The position numbers and the translations under genes are program-made. DNA of 32,000 nucleotides from Pirellula staleyi DSM 6068. GTDB lineage: Bacteria; Planctomycetota; Planctomycetia; Pirellulales; Pirellulaceae. Shown here piece after piece: positions 7,916 to 15,656 of this stretch. A model generated the notes under the pieces. That model worked only from the letters and a program-made list of their open reading frames with translations. It did not search any database and was not told the origin of the DNA. Every line of letters starts with the position of its first letter. The stretch's first letter is position 1. The stretch spans positions 5,070,001-5,102,000 of the forward strand of contig CP001848.1 of NCBI GenBank assembly GCA_000025185.1. The letters are read 5' to 3'.

Positions 7916-9034
7916 ATGAGCGAAAATCATTTCCCCGAGTTACTTGAAGCGGCAAAACGCGTGGTGCTCGATGAGGATGTCTACTTCGCTTCGCTCCCGA
8001 TCGACGAAATGGAAGCGATCGTCGAGGCAAATCACGAAGCCATCGTCGAACTCAAGCGTGTGCTGCAGCAGCCTTGCAGCATGGAACTTCCAGCAGACCA
8101 CAAGGCTTTTTGCAAGAGTATTGATTGCATTACGACGCTTCGCGCTGCATCCAAGCTTCTCTCGTTGGCGTGCCAAGTCGCATTTGATCGCCGCCATTTT
8201 TTAGAGGCCATGGAGAGCGCGGGTAATATGCTCCGCCTAGCCAATATCATGCGGCGCGGCGGGCTGGTGGTGGATATGCTGGCCGCGATTGCTATCGAGG
8301 GAACCGCAATCCACCTACTCCGCAAACAGCGACACCATTTCGATCAACCGTCGCGCGAGCATCTCACAAAGTTGCTACGTAGCCATGTCGTAGCACGCGA
8401 AGACTTCGACTTCATCGCAGCCCGCGACGCAGCATGGGAAGCGGCTCAGCCCCCCGACGAAGAAATCGAACCAACCGAGCCCGAGCAAGAGGCAATCGAA
8501 CAACATCAACTTTCGCCCGAGTTTGTTCAAGCATTTAACGAATATCTGCAGCATTTCGTTGCGATTCCTCGCGAGCAACAACTGAGGAAGCATGAATCTT
8601 GCGACGCACAGCCGCTCGCGATGCTCAGACTGTTGTGGCTGGAGCTTTTGCTCTTCGACTACCGCGAGACGCACGGCTGTTATCCCCGAGACCTTCGTGC
8701 ATCCGTTCCGGCAGAGGATAGCGACATGCTCGTCGATCCGTTTTCGAAAAAGCAGTTTTGCTACCGAACCTACGAGGATGGATTTGTTCTCTATAGCGTG
8801 GGCCCCAAACAGTTTGATGCCGGGGGAAAGTTCGGACACATCATGGAGGTGAGTCTCTATCGCGCCGATCTTTGCCTCGACGCAGCTGATTATCCCGTTC
8901 CCGAAAACGTTTGCTTTCTGGACACTTCTCCGAACTATCCATCACCTGCACCTCCGCCAACACTTCTGCAGCGACTCTCGTCTTTCTTTCGCCGATTATT
9001 CAAAGCTGCTCCCTCGAGCATCGCCTCACCATGA
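7916..9034 (+). CDS. Hypothetical protein: helical N-terminal region plus a C-terminal motif resembling the type II secretion pseudopilin (GspG) globular domain
   Basis: The long ORF begins at 7721 but overlaps the upstream gene, so I took the first ATG clear of it (7916, MSENHFPELLEAAK...). The C-terminal stretch YPRDL...LVDPFSKKQFCYRTYEDGFVLYSVGPKQFDAGG resembles the DPWG..Y.Y....F.L.S.G.DG motif of GspG-like proteins. No prepilin leader is present. Confidence 0.6.
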   Translation: MSENHFPELLEAAKRVVLDEDVYFASLPIDEMEAIVEANHEAIVELKRVLQQPCSMELPADHKAFCKSIDCITTLRAASKLLSLACQVAFDRRHFLEAMESAGNMLRLANIMRRGGLVVDMLAAIAIEGTAIHLLRKQRHHFDQPSREHLTKLLRSHVVAREDFDFIAARDAAWEAAQPPDEEIEPTEPEQEAIEQHQLSPEFVQAFNEYLQHFVAIPREQQLRKHESCDAQPLAMLRLLWLELLLFDYRETHGCYPRDLRASVPAEDSDMLVDPFSKKQFCYRTYEDGFVLYSVGPKQFDAGGKFGHIMEVSLYRADLCLDAADYPVPENVCFLDTSPNYPSPAPPPTLLQRLSSFFRRLFKAAPSSIASP

Positions 9035-9113
9035 AATTGGGAGCTACCAAACTCACCAAAAACGCCGCCGAACTTGACTACGCAAGGTTCTTGTACGGGG
9101 CGAGGCAAATACC

Positions 9114-9665
9114 GTGATAGAGCTCATGTTTTATCGCCTTTCGCTCAAGCACCTCAATCATTTCCCGCCAATTGATGACACCTTACGTGATATCATCTTG
9201 CAGTGGATGAAGGATTCTGCCGGACTTGATGCTGTGATCGAGCAAGTTCGCCAAGCGTTTGCCGATGTGAAGTTGGAAGATGGCATCGGACTTATCGAAG
9301 CGCAAGGACTCGACGACTATCTATCAGGCGATGCCCTCGCTGAGTTTCGCGCAAGTGATGAACGAGACGACTGGCAACGGCTTACCGTCGATACGCTGAA
9401 TGCCTGCGAATCTTCACCCTGTTTCATGGATGCCAAGGGCCTATGCTTTATTTTGCCAGCACTGCTCATTGCCATTTTGAACGATCAGTACTATCACGGC
9501 CCCATCACCTATCTTCTGCACAGGATGCCAGCGGGGTTGTTTTCAATCCTCACCGCGAAGCAAAAGTCAGCCATCGTTGCATGCCTGGAACTGACAAAGA
9601 AGCATCCGTTTCTCGACGCTCAGGATGTTGCAGAAATCGATGACATGATTGCTCATGTCCAATAA
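9114..9665 (+). CDS. Hypothetical protein (no family assignable by eye)
   Basis: A 183-aa ORF with a GTG start at 9114 (ATG alternative at 9126). GC is markedly lower than in neighbouring core genes. There is no signal peptide or TM segment, and the protein is acidic. Confidence 0.55.
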   Translation: MIELMFYRLSLKHLNHFPPIDDTLRDIILQWMKDSAGLDAVIEQVRQAFADVKLEDGIGLIEAQGLDDYLSGDALAEFRASDERDDWQRLTVDTLNACESSPCFMDAKGLCFILPALLIAILNDQYYHGPITYLLHRMPAGLFSILTAKQKSAIVACLELTKKHPFLDAQDVAEIDDMIAHVQ

Positions 9666-9816
9666 ACTAGGCTTCGTACAACGGGTGTGTGAAACTTCTA
9701 GGAGTTTTTTGTGGCTCCATCATTCGCTGTCGATCTTGCGATTGGTCCTTCGACTAGTTTTTGTTCAGGCCACCGTTGTGGCTTGCTACCGATTCCTGCG
9801 CAGGAGAATTTCGACG

Positions 9817-10356
9817 ATGGCCACCCAGCTACAAACCTTTGCGGCGCTTAGCCTTGCCAGTCTACTACTCGAAGAGTTCGAGCGCGAATTGCCAACCACA
9901 CGCAAGTTTCTCGAGCGCGTGCCGGACGACCAACTGCTGTGGCAGCCGCACGAGAAATCGCTGACGGCAGGCCAGCTGGCGCTGCATATTGCGATGTCGC
10001 CGCAGGGGGTGATCGGCCTGGCGACTCCCGACGAGGCGGCCATTCCCGAATTTGGCGGCGGCTTTCCTCAGCCTCAGTCGATCCAGGAAGTGCTCGACGC
10101 TCTTGAGCAAGGCTCACAGGTGGTGCAGGGCTATCTTTCGACCGTCAGCGACGAGCGGCTGCTGCAAACCTTAACCCTCACCTTCGCCGGTAAGCCGCTG
10201 CTGACCATGCCGCGACACCTGTTTTTGCGCAACATTCTGCTGAACCACTGGTATCATCACCGGGGTCAGCTAGGCGTTTATCTGCGATTGCTCGGAGCCA
10301 AAGTTCCCTCGAGCTACGGCCCCAGCGGCGACGAAAAACCCGACTTTTTGCCATAG
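9817..10356 (+). CDS. DinB-family (DinB/YfiT-like four-helix bundle) protein
   Basis: The C-terminal motif LLNHWYHHRGQLGVYLRLLG and the earlier QLALHIA helix carry the DinB-superfamily His triad pattern. The ATG at 9817 is preceded by AGGAG (9802-9806), and the upstream part of the ORF (from 9649) looks non-coding. Confidence 0.75.
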   Translation: MATQLQTFAALSLASLLLEEFERELPTTRKFLERVPDDQLLWQPHEKSLTAGQLALHIAMSPQGVIGLATPDEAAIPEFGGGFPQPQSIQEVLDALEQGSQVVQGYLSTVSDERLLQTLTLTFAGKPLLTMPRHLFLRNILLNHWYHHRGQLGVYLRLLGAKVPSSYGPSGDEKPDFLP

Positions 10357-10379
10357 TTTTTTAGCCCAAGGCACTACGC

Positions 10380-10805
10380 ATGAACACAATTGCGAAGCAA
10401 GGGGTGGGCTATTTCGGACGACTCGTGGCGATTCCCTGTGGAGCAGCGATCGGTTGGCTGGTCGCTGCCTACTACTGGATATCCACGGGACGAACAGACT
10501 GGAGTGATTTCGTTGCCGTGCTTCTGGTGCTCTTGTTTGCTGCCACCGGAGCTTGGCGTGGTGCGATTTTAGATCGCGTTTCCATTGCCCTGATGGTGAA
10601 CTTCACGATCGGGGGCGGCGTTGTTTTGATGCTACTTTGGCCGTCGGTCTCACATGCTCGTGGCTCGCAAATCAACCAGTTATTTACTCACTCGACAGCC
10701 TTTATTGGCACACCGACCGTCTGTGGAGCAATTGGGGGCGTTATCGTAGCGATGCTATTTCTCAAGCGTCGACAGTGGATCGCGCGACGCAGCGCGAGAA
10801 GCTGA
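10380..10805 (+). CDS. Hypothetical integral membrane protein (about 4 TM helices)
   Basis: A 141-aa ORF with four hydrophobic stretches and a basic C-terminal tail (KRRQWIARRSARS). It lies 24 nt after the DinB-family gene. Confidence 0.6.
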   Translation: MNTIAKQGVGYFGRLVAIPCGAAIGWLVAAYYWISTGRTDWSDFVAVLLVLLFAATGAWRGAILDRVSIALMVNFTIGGGVVLMLLWPSVSHARGSQINQLFTHSTAFIGTPTVCGAIGGVIVAMLFLKRRQWIARRSARS

Positions 10806-10873
10806 TAGCCGACAATACTTCCAATCGCAATTGATGTTCTACGGTTCGTGCTCTAGCAAATGGGATGGCTAAA

Positions 10874-11467
10874 CTACCTAACTTCACGATAAGGCGTGTG
10901 GCCAAAGTACTTCGGTGAGCTGTCGACCCGAACGTGGAGCCAAGCTACGCCACCTCCGGCCGTGCTCAACCAGCGAGGCTGTTTTGAGACAAGGCGAAGC
11001 ATTGTTTCGCCCACTTGCTGCCACATTGCATCAACTTGCTCAGGGAGTGCGAGACGAACAAACGCAGCCAAGTGGCCATACGCTTCTTCGCAGGTGAGCG
11101 GGGTGGGCGCAATCAGCGTGGCATCGTTTCCAAGATTTGAGAATACGACGACACCACTTCCGTCGTCACTTCGAAAGTGCTTGGCGAACGGCTCAGGCTC
11201 TGTTTCTCGATCGGCAAATTGATCGCTACGAAGTAGTACAAACTCGAACTCTCGATCGATGAGCGATGTCGAAATCGGTGGCGTCTCCCAGCGAAATCCG
11301 GCAAAGTCCGCCGATTTCAGAAGCTCCGTAAAGAACTTACGGAAGCTGGGCTCGCCCGCGAGAGCATACAGAAACGACTTGTAATTGAGCACTTCGCCTC
11401 GGTGGTGCAGACGATAGTGGTGAACTCGCTGCGGCTGCAATTCCGAGCGGATGGCTTCGAATGTCAT
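10874..11467 (-). CDS. Hypothetical cytoplasmic protein (conserved-looking C-terminal WLSTAGGGVAWLHVRVDSSPKYF motif)
   Basis: The ATG at 11465-11467 is preceded by AGGAGG 7 nt upstream (reverse complement of ccctcct at 11474-11480). The 55 codons of the ORF upstream of it are Cys/Arg-rich noise. The product is 197 aa with no TM segment. Confidence 0.65.
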   Translation of the reverse strand: MTFEAIRSELQPQRVHHYRLHHRGEVLNYKSFLYALAGEPSFRKFFTELLKSADFAGFRWETPPISTSLIDREFEFVLLRSDQFADRETEPEPFAKHFRSDDGSGVVVFSNLGNDATLIAPTPLTCEEAYGHLAAFVRLALPEQVDAMWQQVGETMLRLVSKQPRWLSTAGGGVAWLHVRVDSSPKYFGHTPYREVR

Positions 11468-11584
11468 AGCGACCCTCCTGCGCTGGACAAGCTGATCATT
11501 GAAGATGAGACACGCTCGTAGTCGATGGAGATAAGAATAGCCCCCGCAACACCGCAGCTTGCAATTTGGCCCGAGGATTTTGCA

Positions 11585-12430
11585 ATGTTCATCGCACCAA
11601 CAGCCGCTAGCAGCACACTTGCCACGAGCCAATCGCCAGTGGTGGGTAGCACGCGATTTTTGCAGTCGGTGTTTAGCGAGGTGCTAGCAGCATCGGGGCG
11701 CGAGGGGTTTGCGTCGGCAGTGGCGATCGAAACCGACGAGCCGCTCGAAACATCCCTGCAAACGGCCTGGAGCAGCTGGTTCGATGGACCACCGTCGCAG
11801 CGCGACTTTGGCGACATCGACCCCGAGCAGCTGAAGCAAGGTTTTGGCGAGATCCTGGCGCGAGCCCACAGCGAGGGTGGCTATGTCGATCCGCAGTCGT
11901 TCGTCAAAAGCCTCTCGAAAGAGGAGCTGGCGACGATTCAGCAGGTGCATTTGCTGGCCCGTCCGATCGGTGTCGACGAACTGACCGAAGAGGGGGCGCT
12001 CAATCTGCTACTGCCACCTGCTGCTGGGGTCGACCTCAACCACGATGGGCTGACGCAATCGGGCATTGGCTATCGGATCGGTTTTCCCGATAGCACGACT
12101 CCCAGCGAAGTGGTGGCTGCCTGGGACGAAGCGACCGCCAATCTCGAGCCGGGGGATAAGATGATGTACGAGTTGCAAATGAAGCTGCCGCTGCTCCTTG
12201 CGAACATGTACGTCGACGCCCAGGGTCAATACTCGCACCACTACGAGCCGGGCGATCCCGAGTTCCGTAATCCACTAATGAGCGGCGGCTATTCGTTCCT
12301 CGAGGCAACCCAGTCGCAGCTCGACAACCTCGACTTCATGAAGCACCGCATGGAGCCTTCGCTCTACCAAAAGCACACCAACTTTTGGAACCATTTCCAG
12401 CAGCTGCTATCGAGCCACGGGGCAAAATAG
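11585..12430 (+). CDS. Hypothetical protein
   Basis: A 281-aa ORF from the ATG at 11585, with GAGGA 8 nt upstream. It is divergent from the 10874-11467 gene across a 117-bp spacer. I recognise no motif. Confidence 0.6.
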   Translation: MFIAPTAASSTLATSQSPVVGSTRFLQSVFSEVLAASGREGFASAVAIETDEPLETSLQTAWSSWFDGPPSQRDFGDIDPEQLKQGFGEILARAHSEGGYVDPQSFVKSLSKEELATIQQVHLLARPIGVDELTEEGALNLLLPPAAGVDLNHDGLTQSGIGYRIGFPDSTTPSEVVAAWDEATANLEPGDKMMYELQMKLPLLLANMYVDAQGQYSHHYEPGDPEFRNPLMSGGYSFLEATQSQLDNLDFMKHRMEPSLYQKHTNFWNHFQQLLSSHGAK

Positions 12431-12441
12431 GTTGGTTGGCC

Positions 12442-12867
12442 CTAGCGGACAGCATCTTTGACGGCGGCCATGAGGTCGCTGCGTTCTTCGATGCGAAGCA
12501 TGCGAATATCGCGCACGGCGAGCGAAAACCAAGGATAGGTTCGGGCCAAATCCATGGCGGCGAGGACGCATTTAACTGAATCGACGGTCTTCGGTTCGCC
12601 GAAATAAACGCTACCTTGCTGCCATTCAAAACCGTGCTTGGCCAAGACTTTGCGGATATCGGCATAGGCGTTGTTATAAGATTCCGCGCCGTAAGTCTTT
12701 TTGAGCGTATCGGTATCCATATCAAACGCGATTGCGTGCATGATGGAATTTCCGACGGGCAAAGCCGCCCGCTGACCAGTCGCAATTGAAATAGTAGGGC
12801 CAAATGCAGCGGCCGATAGAGCGATTGTCGACTGGTGTAACGATCCGAATTCAAGGGTCGACGACAT
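12442..12867 (-). CDS. vapD: VapD-family (Cas2-like) endoribonuclease, possibly with a 42-aa N-terminal extension
   Basis: The core MHAIAFDMDTDTLKKTYGAESYNNAYADIRKVLAKHGFEWQQGSVYFG...VRDIRMLRIEERSDL matches the VapD pattern (MYAIAFDL...AY.DI...L...GF...QGS.Y...VRDIR...IE..SD). A strong GAGGAG lies 7 nt before the ATG at 12865-12867. The core Met at 12739-12741 is an alternative start giving a 99-aa product. Confidence 0.85.
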   Translation of the reverse strand: MSSTLEFGSLHQSTIALSAAAFGPTISIATGQRAALPVGNSIMHAIAFDMDTDTLKKTYGAESYNNAYADIRKVLAKHGFEWQQGSVYFGEPKTVDSVKCVLAAMDLARTYPWFSLAVRDIRMLRIEERSDLMAAVKDAVR

Positions 12868-12902
12868 CAGATTGCTCCTCGGGCAAAACTCACCGGCAAC
12901 TA

Positions 12903-12931
12903 CAAATACCACCCAAAAACACTACTTTCAA
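12903..12931 (-). promoter_or_regulatory. Putative sigma70-like promoter for vapD
   Basis: On the minus strand this reads TTGAAA (12926-12931), 17 nt, TATTTG (12903-12908), in an AT-rich stretch about 35 nt upstream of the SD/ATG at 12867. The planctomycete promoter consensus is poorly defined, so this is tentative. Confidence 0.3.
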
Positions 12932-13023
12932 TATTGTTCCTTGCAGTAACTGGTCTAGTTTAACACCATTGCCATTTCCATGCGTGTAGAAATGGCTGTG
13001 GTTCGGCCACTGTCACCGTCGTT

Positions 13024-14316
13024 TTACAGTCGCCAGCCGTCGTAGAGGACACCTTCTTTGACGACGACGGGGATGCCGTCGCGGATGACGCAGGCTTCTT
13101 CTTCACCACGTTCTTCAACGCGCTGTTCGTTGATGATGCGCACATTGCGGCCGATGCGGCAATTCTTATCGATGATCGCCCCTTCAATGTAGCTACCGCT
13201 GCCGATGCCGATCGGGGGTCGCCCTTCGCGATGATTCTTTTTGATGTCGCTTTCGTGCTCGAAAACGTCGGCACCCATGATCACGCTGTTGCGAATCGTC
13301 ACCCCTTCGCCAATGATGCAGCGGAGGCCGATCACGCTGTTCTCGATCACCGCGCCACGGCCAATCTTGCAGCCGTCGGCGATGAGACTTTCCTTGACCG
13401 TCGCACCTTCCAGCAGCGTCGGGGGGAGAAAGCGGGGACGCGAATAAATCGGAGCGTCGGGTGTGGCGAGTTGGAACGGTGGTTCGTGACGAGCCAGGCT
13501 GAGGTTGGCTTCGTAGAACGCTTTGATCGTGCCGATATCTTCCCAATAGCCGTCGAACAGGTGAACCTGCACGCGCTTGGCCCGAACCGATGCGGGGAAA
13601 ATCTCTTTGCCGAAATCGTGGTAGGTGGTTTTGCTGAGCACTTCCACCAGCGTGTCGCGATTGAAAATGTAGATGCCCATGCTGGCAACGCAGTCGCGGC
13701 CGCGTGCTTCGATGCCTCGGGCTTCGATCCACGAGGGGTCCATCTTCACCATATCGATTTCGGCGTCGGTCTTGGGCTTCTCGAGAAAGCCGTTCACACG
13801 ACCATCATCCCCCACGCGCATGATGCCCAAAGCGCTTGCCATTTGGCGATCGACAGGCATACCGGCAATCGTGACGTCGGCGCCAGTTTCCTGATGCGTT
13901 TTGAGCAGGTCGCGGTAGTCCATCCGGTAGAGCTGATCGCCCGAAAGGATCAGCACATAATCGATGCCGGGCTGCTGGATATAGCGCAGATTCTTGCGCA
14001 CCGCATCGGCAGTCCCTTGGTACCAGGCCTTGTTCTCGTCGTCCATCGTTTGCTGAGCTGCCAGCAGTTCGACAAACCCGCCGCTGAAGTGATCGAAGCG
14101 ATAGGTTTGACGAATATGGCGATGCAAACTCACGCTCATGAACTGCGTGAGGACATACATCTTGTTCATGCCGCTGTTGATGCAATTGGACAGCGGAATG
14201 TCGATCAGACGGTACTTGGCCGCCAGTGGAACCGCCGGTTTACTGCGATACTTCGTGAGCGGATAGAGACGGGTGCCGCGACCGCCGCCAAGCACCAAGG
14301 AAATCACATTGCGCAT
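13024..14316 (-). CDS. glgC: Glucose-1-phosphate adenylyltransferase (ADP-glucose pyrophosphorylase)
   Basis: A 430-aa product with N-terminal LVLGGGRGTRLYPLTKYRSKPAVPLAAKYRLIDIPLSNCINSG and a C-terminal left-handed beta-helix repeat region, the typical GlgC architecture. Confidence 0.92.
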   Translation of the reverse strand: MRNVISLVLGGGRGTRLYPLTKYRSKPAVPLAAKYRLIDIPLSNCINSGMNKMYVLTQFMSVSLHRHIRQTYRFDHFSGGFVELLAAQQTMDDENKAWYQGTADAVRKNLRYIQQPGIDYVLILSGDQLYRMDYRDLLKTHQETGADVTIAGMPVDRQMASALGIMRVGDDGRVNGFLEKPKTDAEIDMVKMDPSWIEARGIEARGRDCVASMGIYIFNRDTLVEVLSKTTYHDFGKEIFPASVRAKRVQVHLFDGYWEDIGTIKAFYEANLSLARHEPPFQLATPDAPIYSRPRFLPPTLLEGATVKESLIADGCKIGRGAVIENSVIGLRCIIGEGVTIRNSVIMGADVFEHESDIKKNHREGRPPIGIGSGSYIEGAIIDKNCRIGRNVRIINEQRVEERGEEEACVIRDGIPVVVKEGVLYDGWRL

Positions 14317-14493
14317 CGAAAACAGCTCGCTCGCCTACGGAGTTAGCCAGGATGGCGCTCGCCACCCCTAGCGGCGTAGAGAATACCATCGAACTGGCTC
14401 TAGCGGCAAGCCTCACCGCCCTAAGATCAACGATTACCGCTGAATGTTTGCGGGCTTTCTGACCTCACCAGCGTAGACACAGTGGCGGAGAGT

Positions 14494-15237
14494 TTAGCGC
14501 AACGGTTTTCGGCCCCGCAGTACCCCCCAAATCGACTTCTGCCATGGCAGGTCGGCCACCAGCCCCGCTGATTCAAAATATTGCAGCTGATCGGCTGCCG
14601 TTTGCAGGCAATCGTCGCCGCTGGCGCGGGGTGCATCGGGGAACTCAACGTTGCGGCGATGCCATTTTTCGTAAGCGGTTTGAAATTCCGAGGAAATCGT
14701 TCCCGAGGCAAGCCCGGCGAGCATGTGATCGTTCCACAGCAGCACTTCGCGACGATATTCGGCGTCGCTGATTGGTCGCACTTCGTCGGCGTTCAGCAGT
14801 TCGCCGCCCGGGAGGAGTGTGGCGGCAATGCGGCCATAGAGCGTTTGTTTTTCTTCGGGGAGCAAATGGTGAATGGCCGACATGCTCACCACAGCGGCCA
14901 GGCGGTTGCCGGTTTGCTCCTCCCACGGATCTTGCAGCCGCGCGAGAACGCAGCGAGCCCGCGCGCCAAAGCGGGCCAGTCGTCGCTCGGCAATAGCCAG
15001 GAAAGGCTGCGACTGATCGACCACCACGCCGGTGACCGCTGGAAACTGGTCGAGAATGCGCTCCATCAGCCGACCACTGCCGCCCCCCAGATCGACAACA
15101 ATCACGGGCTGCTCGCCGCTGATCGGCAAATTCGCCAGGAGCCAGTCTTGCAGTTCGAGGTAGTAAGGGTGCACGGCATGCGCCGACTGATCGTAGCTTT
15201 CGGCGAACGAAGAGGTATTCCAGCGATATTCTGCCAT
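14494..15237 (-). CDS. Class I SAM-dependent methyltransferase
   Basis: Motif I is VVDLGGGSGRLMERIL and the post-I acidic residue is in VVVDQS, with a later LLPGGELL motif. I took the ATG at 15235-15237 (MAEYRW...); an in-frame TTG at 15261 is an alternative start. Confidence 0.8.
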   Translation of the reverse strand: MAEYRWNTSSFAESYDQSAHAVHPYYLELQDWLLANLPISGEQPVIVVDLGGGSGRLMERILDQFPAVTGVVVDQSQPFLAIAERRLARFGARARCVLARLQDPWEEQTGNRLAAVVSMSAIHHLLPEEKQTLYGRIAATLLPGGELLNADEVRPISDAEYRREVLLWNDHMLAGLASGTISSEFQTAYEKWHRRNVEFPDAPRASGDDCLQTAADQLQYFESAGLVADLPWQKSIWGVLRGRKPLR

Positions 15238-15341
15238 CGATTTTTGCCACGAAGTAATCAAGAGTTGTGAAATAGTTCTCCAAGAACTTATGACGACTGA
15301 GCTTGCTCTTTGTCGAGTGATTCTCGGCGATGCTGCAGGAT

Positions 15342-15359
15342 GCTAGCGGGCCCGCTAGC
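15342..15359. promoter_or_regulatory. Perfect 18-bp palindrome (candidate operator) in a divergent promoter region
   Basis: gctagcgggcccgctagc equals its own reverse complement. It lies between the methyltransferase start (15237, minus strand) and the murE-like start (15657, plus strand). Confidence 0.35.
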
Positions 15360-15656
15360 TCCAGGGGCCAGCAGCGATAGCACGCAGCTAAAGACATCCT
15401 CCAAGCTGTTTTGGTTCGCGATTTCGGCTTGACCCGCAGAGCAATCTGCTGACAATTCGCTCCCGTCGTGTGCCACTCGCGAGCCGCTGGATGCAGCTTG
15501 AGTGAGTAGCAAAATCAGTCAGCCGCTGGCAATCTCGGTGCGTGCTTGATCCCGCAATATCAAGTCGCTCGAGAGCTGCCCAATCGACGCGACTAGCTGA
15601 CCACCGCACGACACTCCCGAACTTCGCAGACCCGATTGGCAAGGAGGCCAGTGGTG

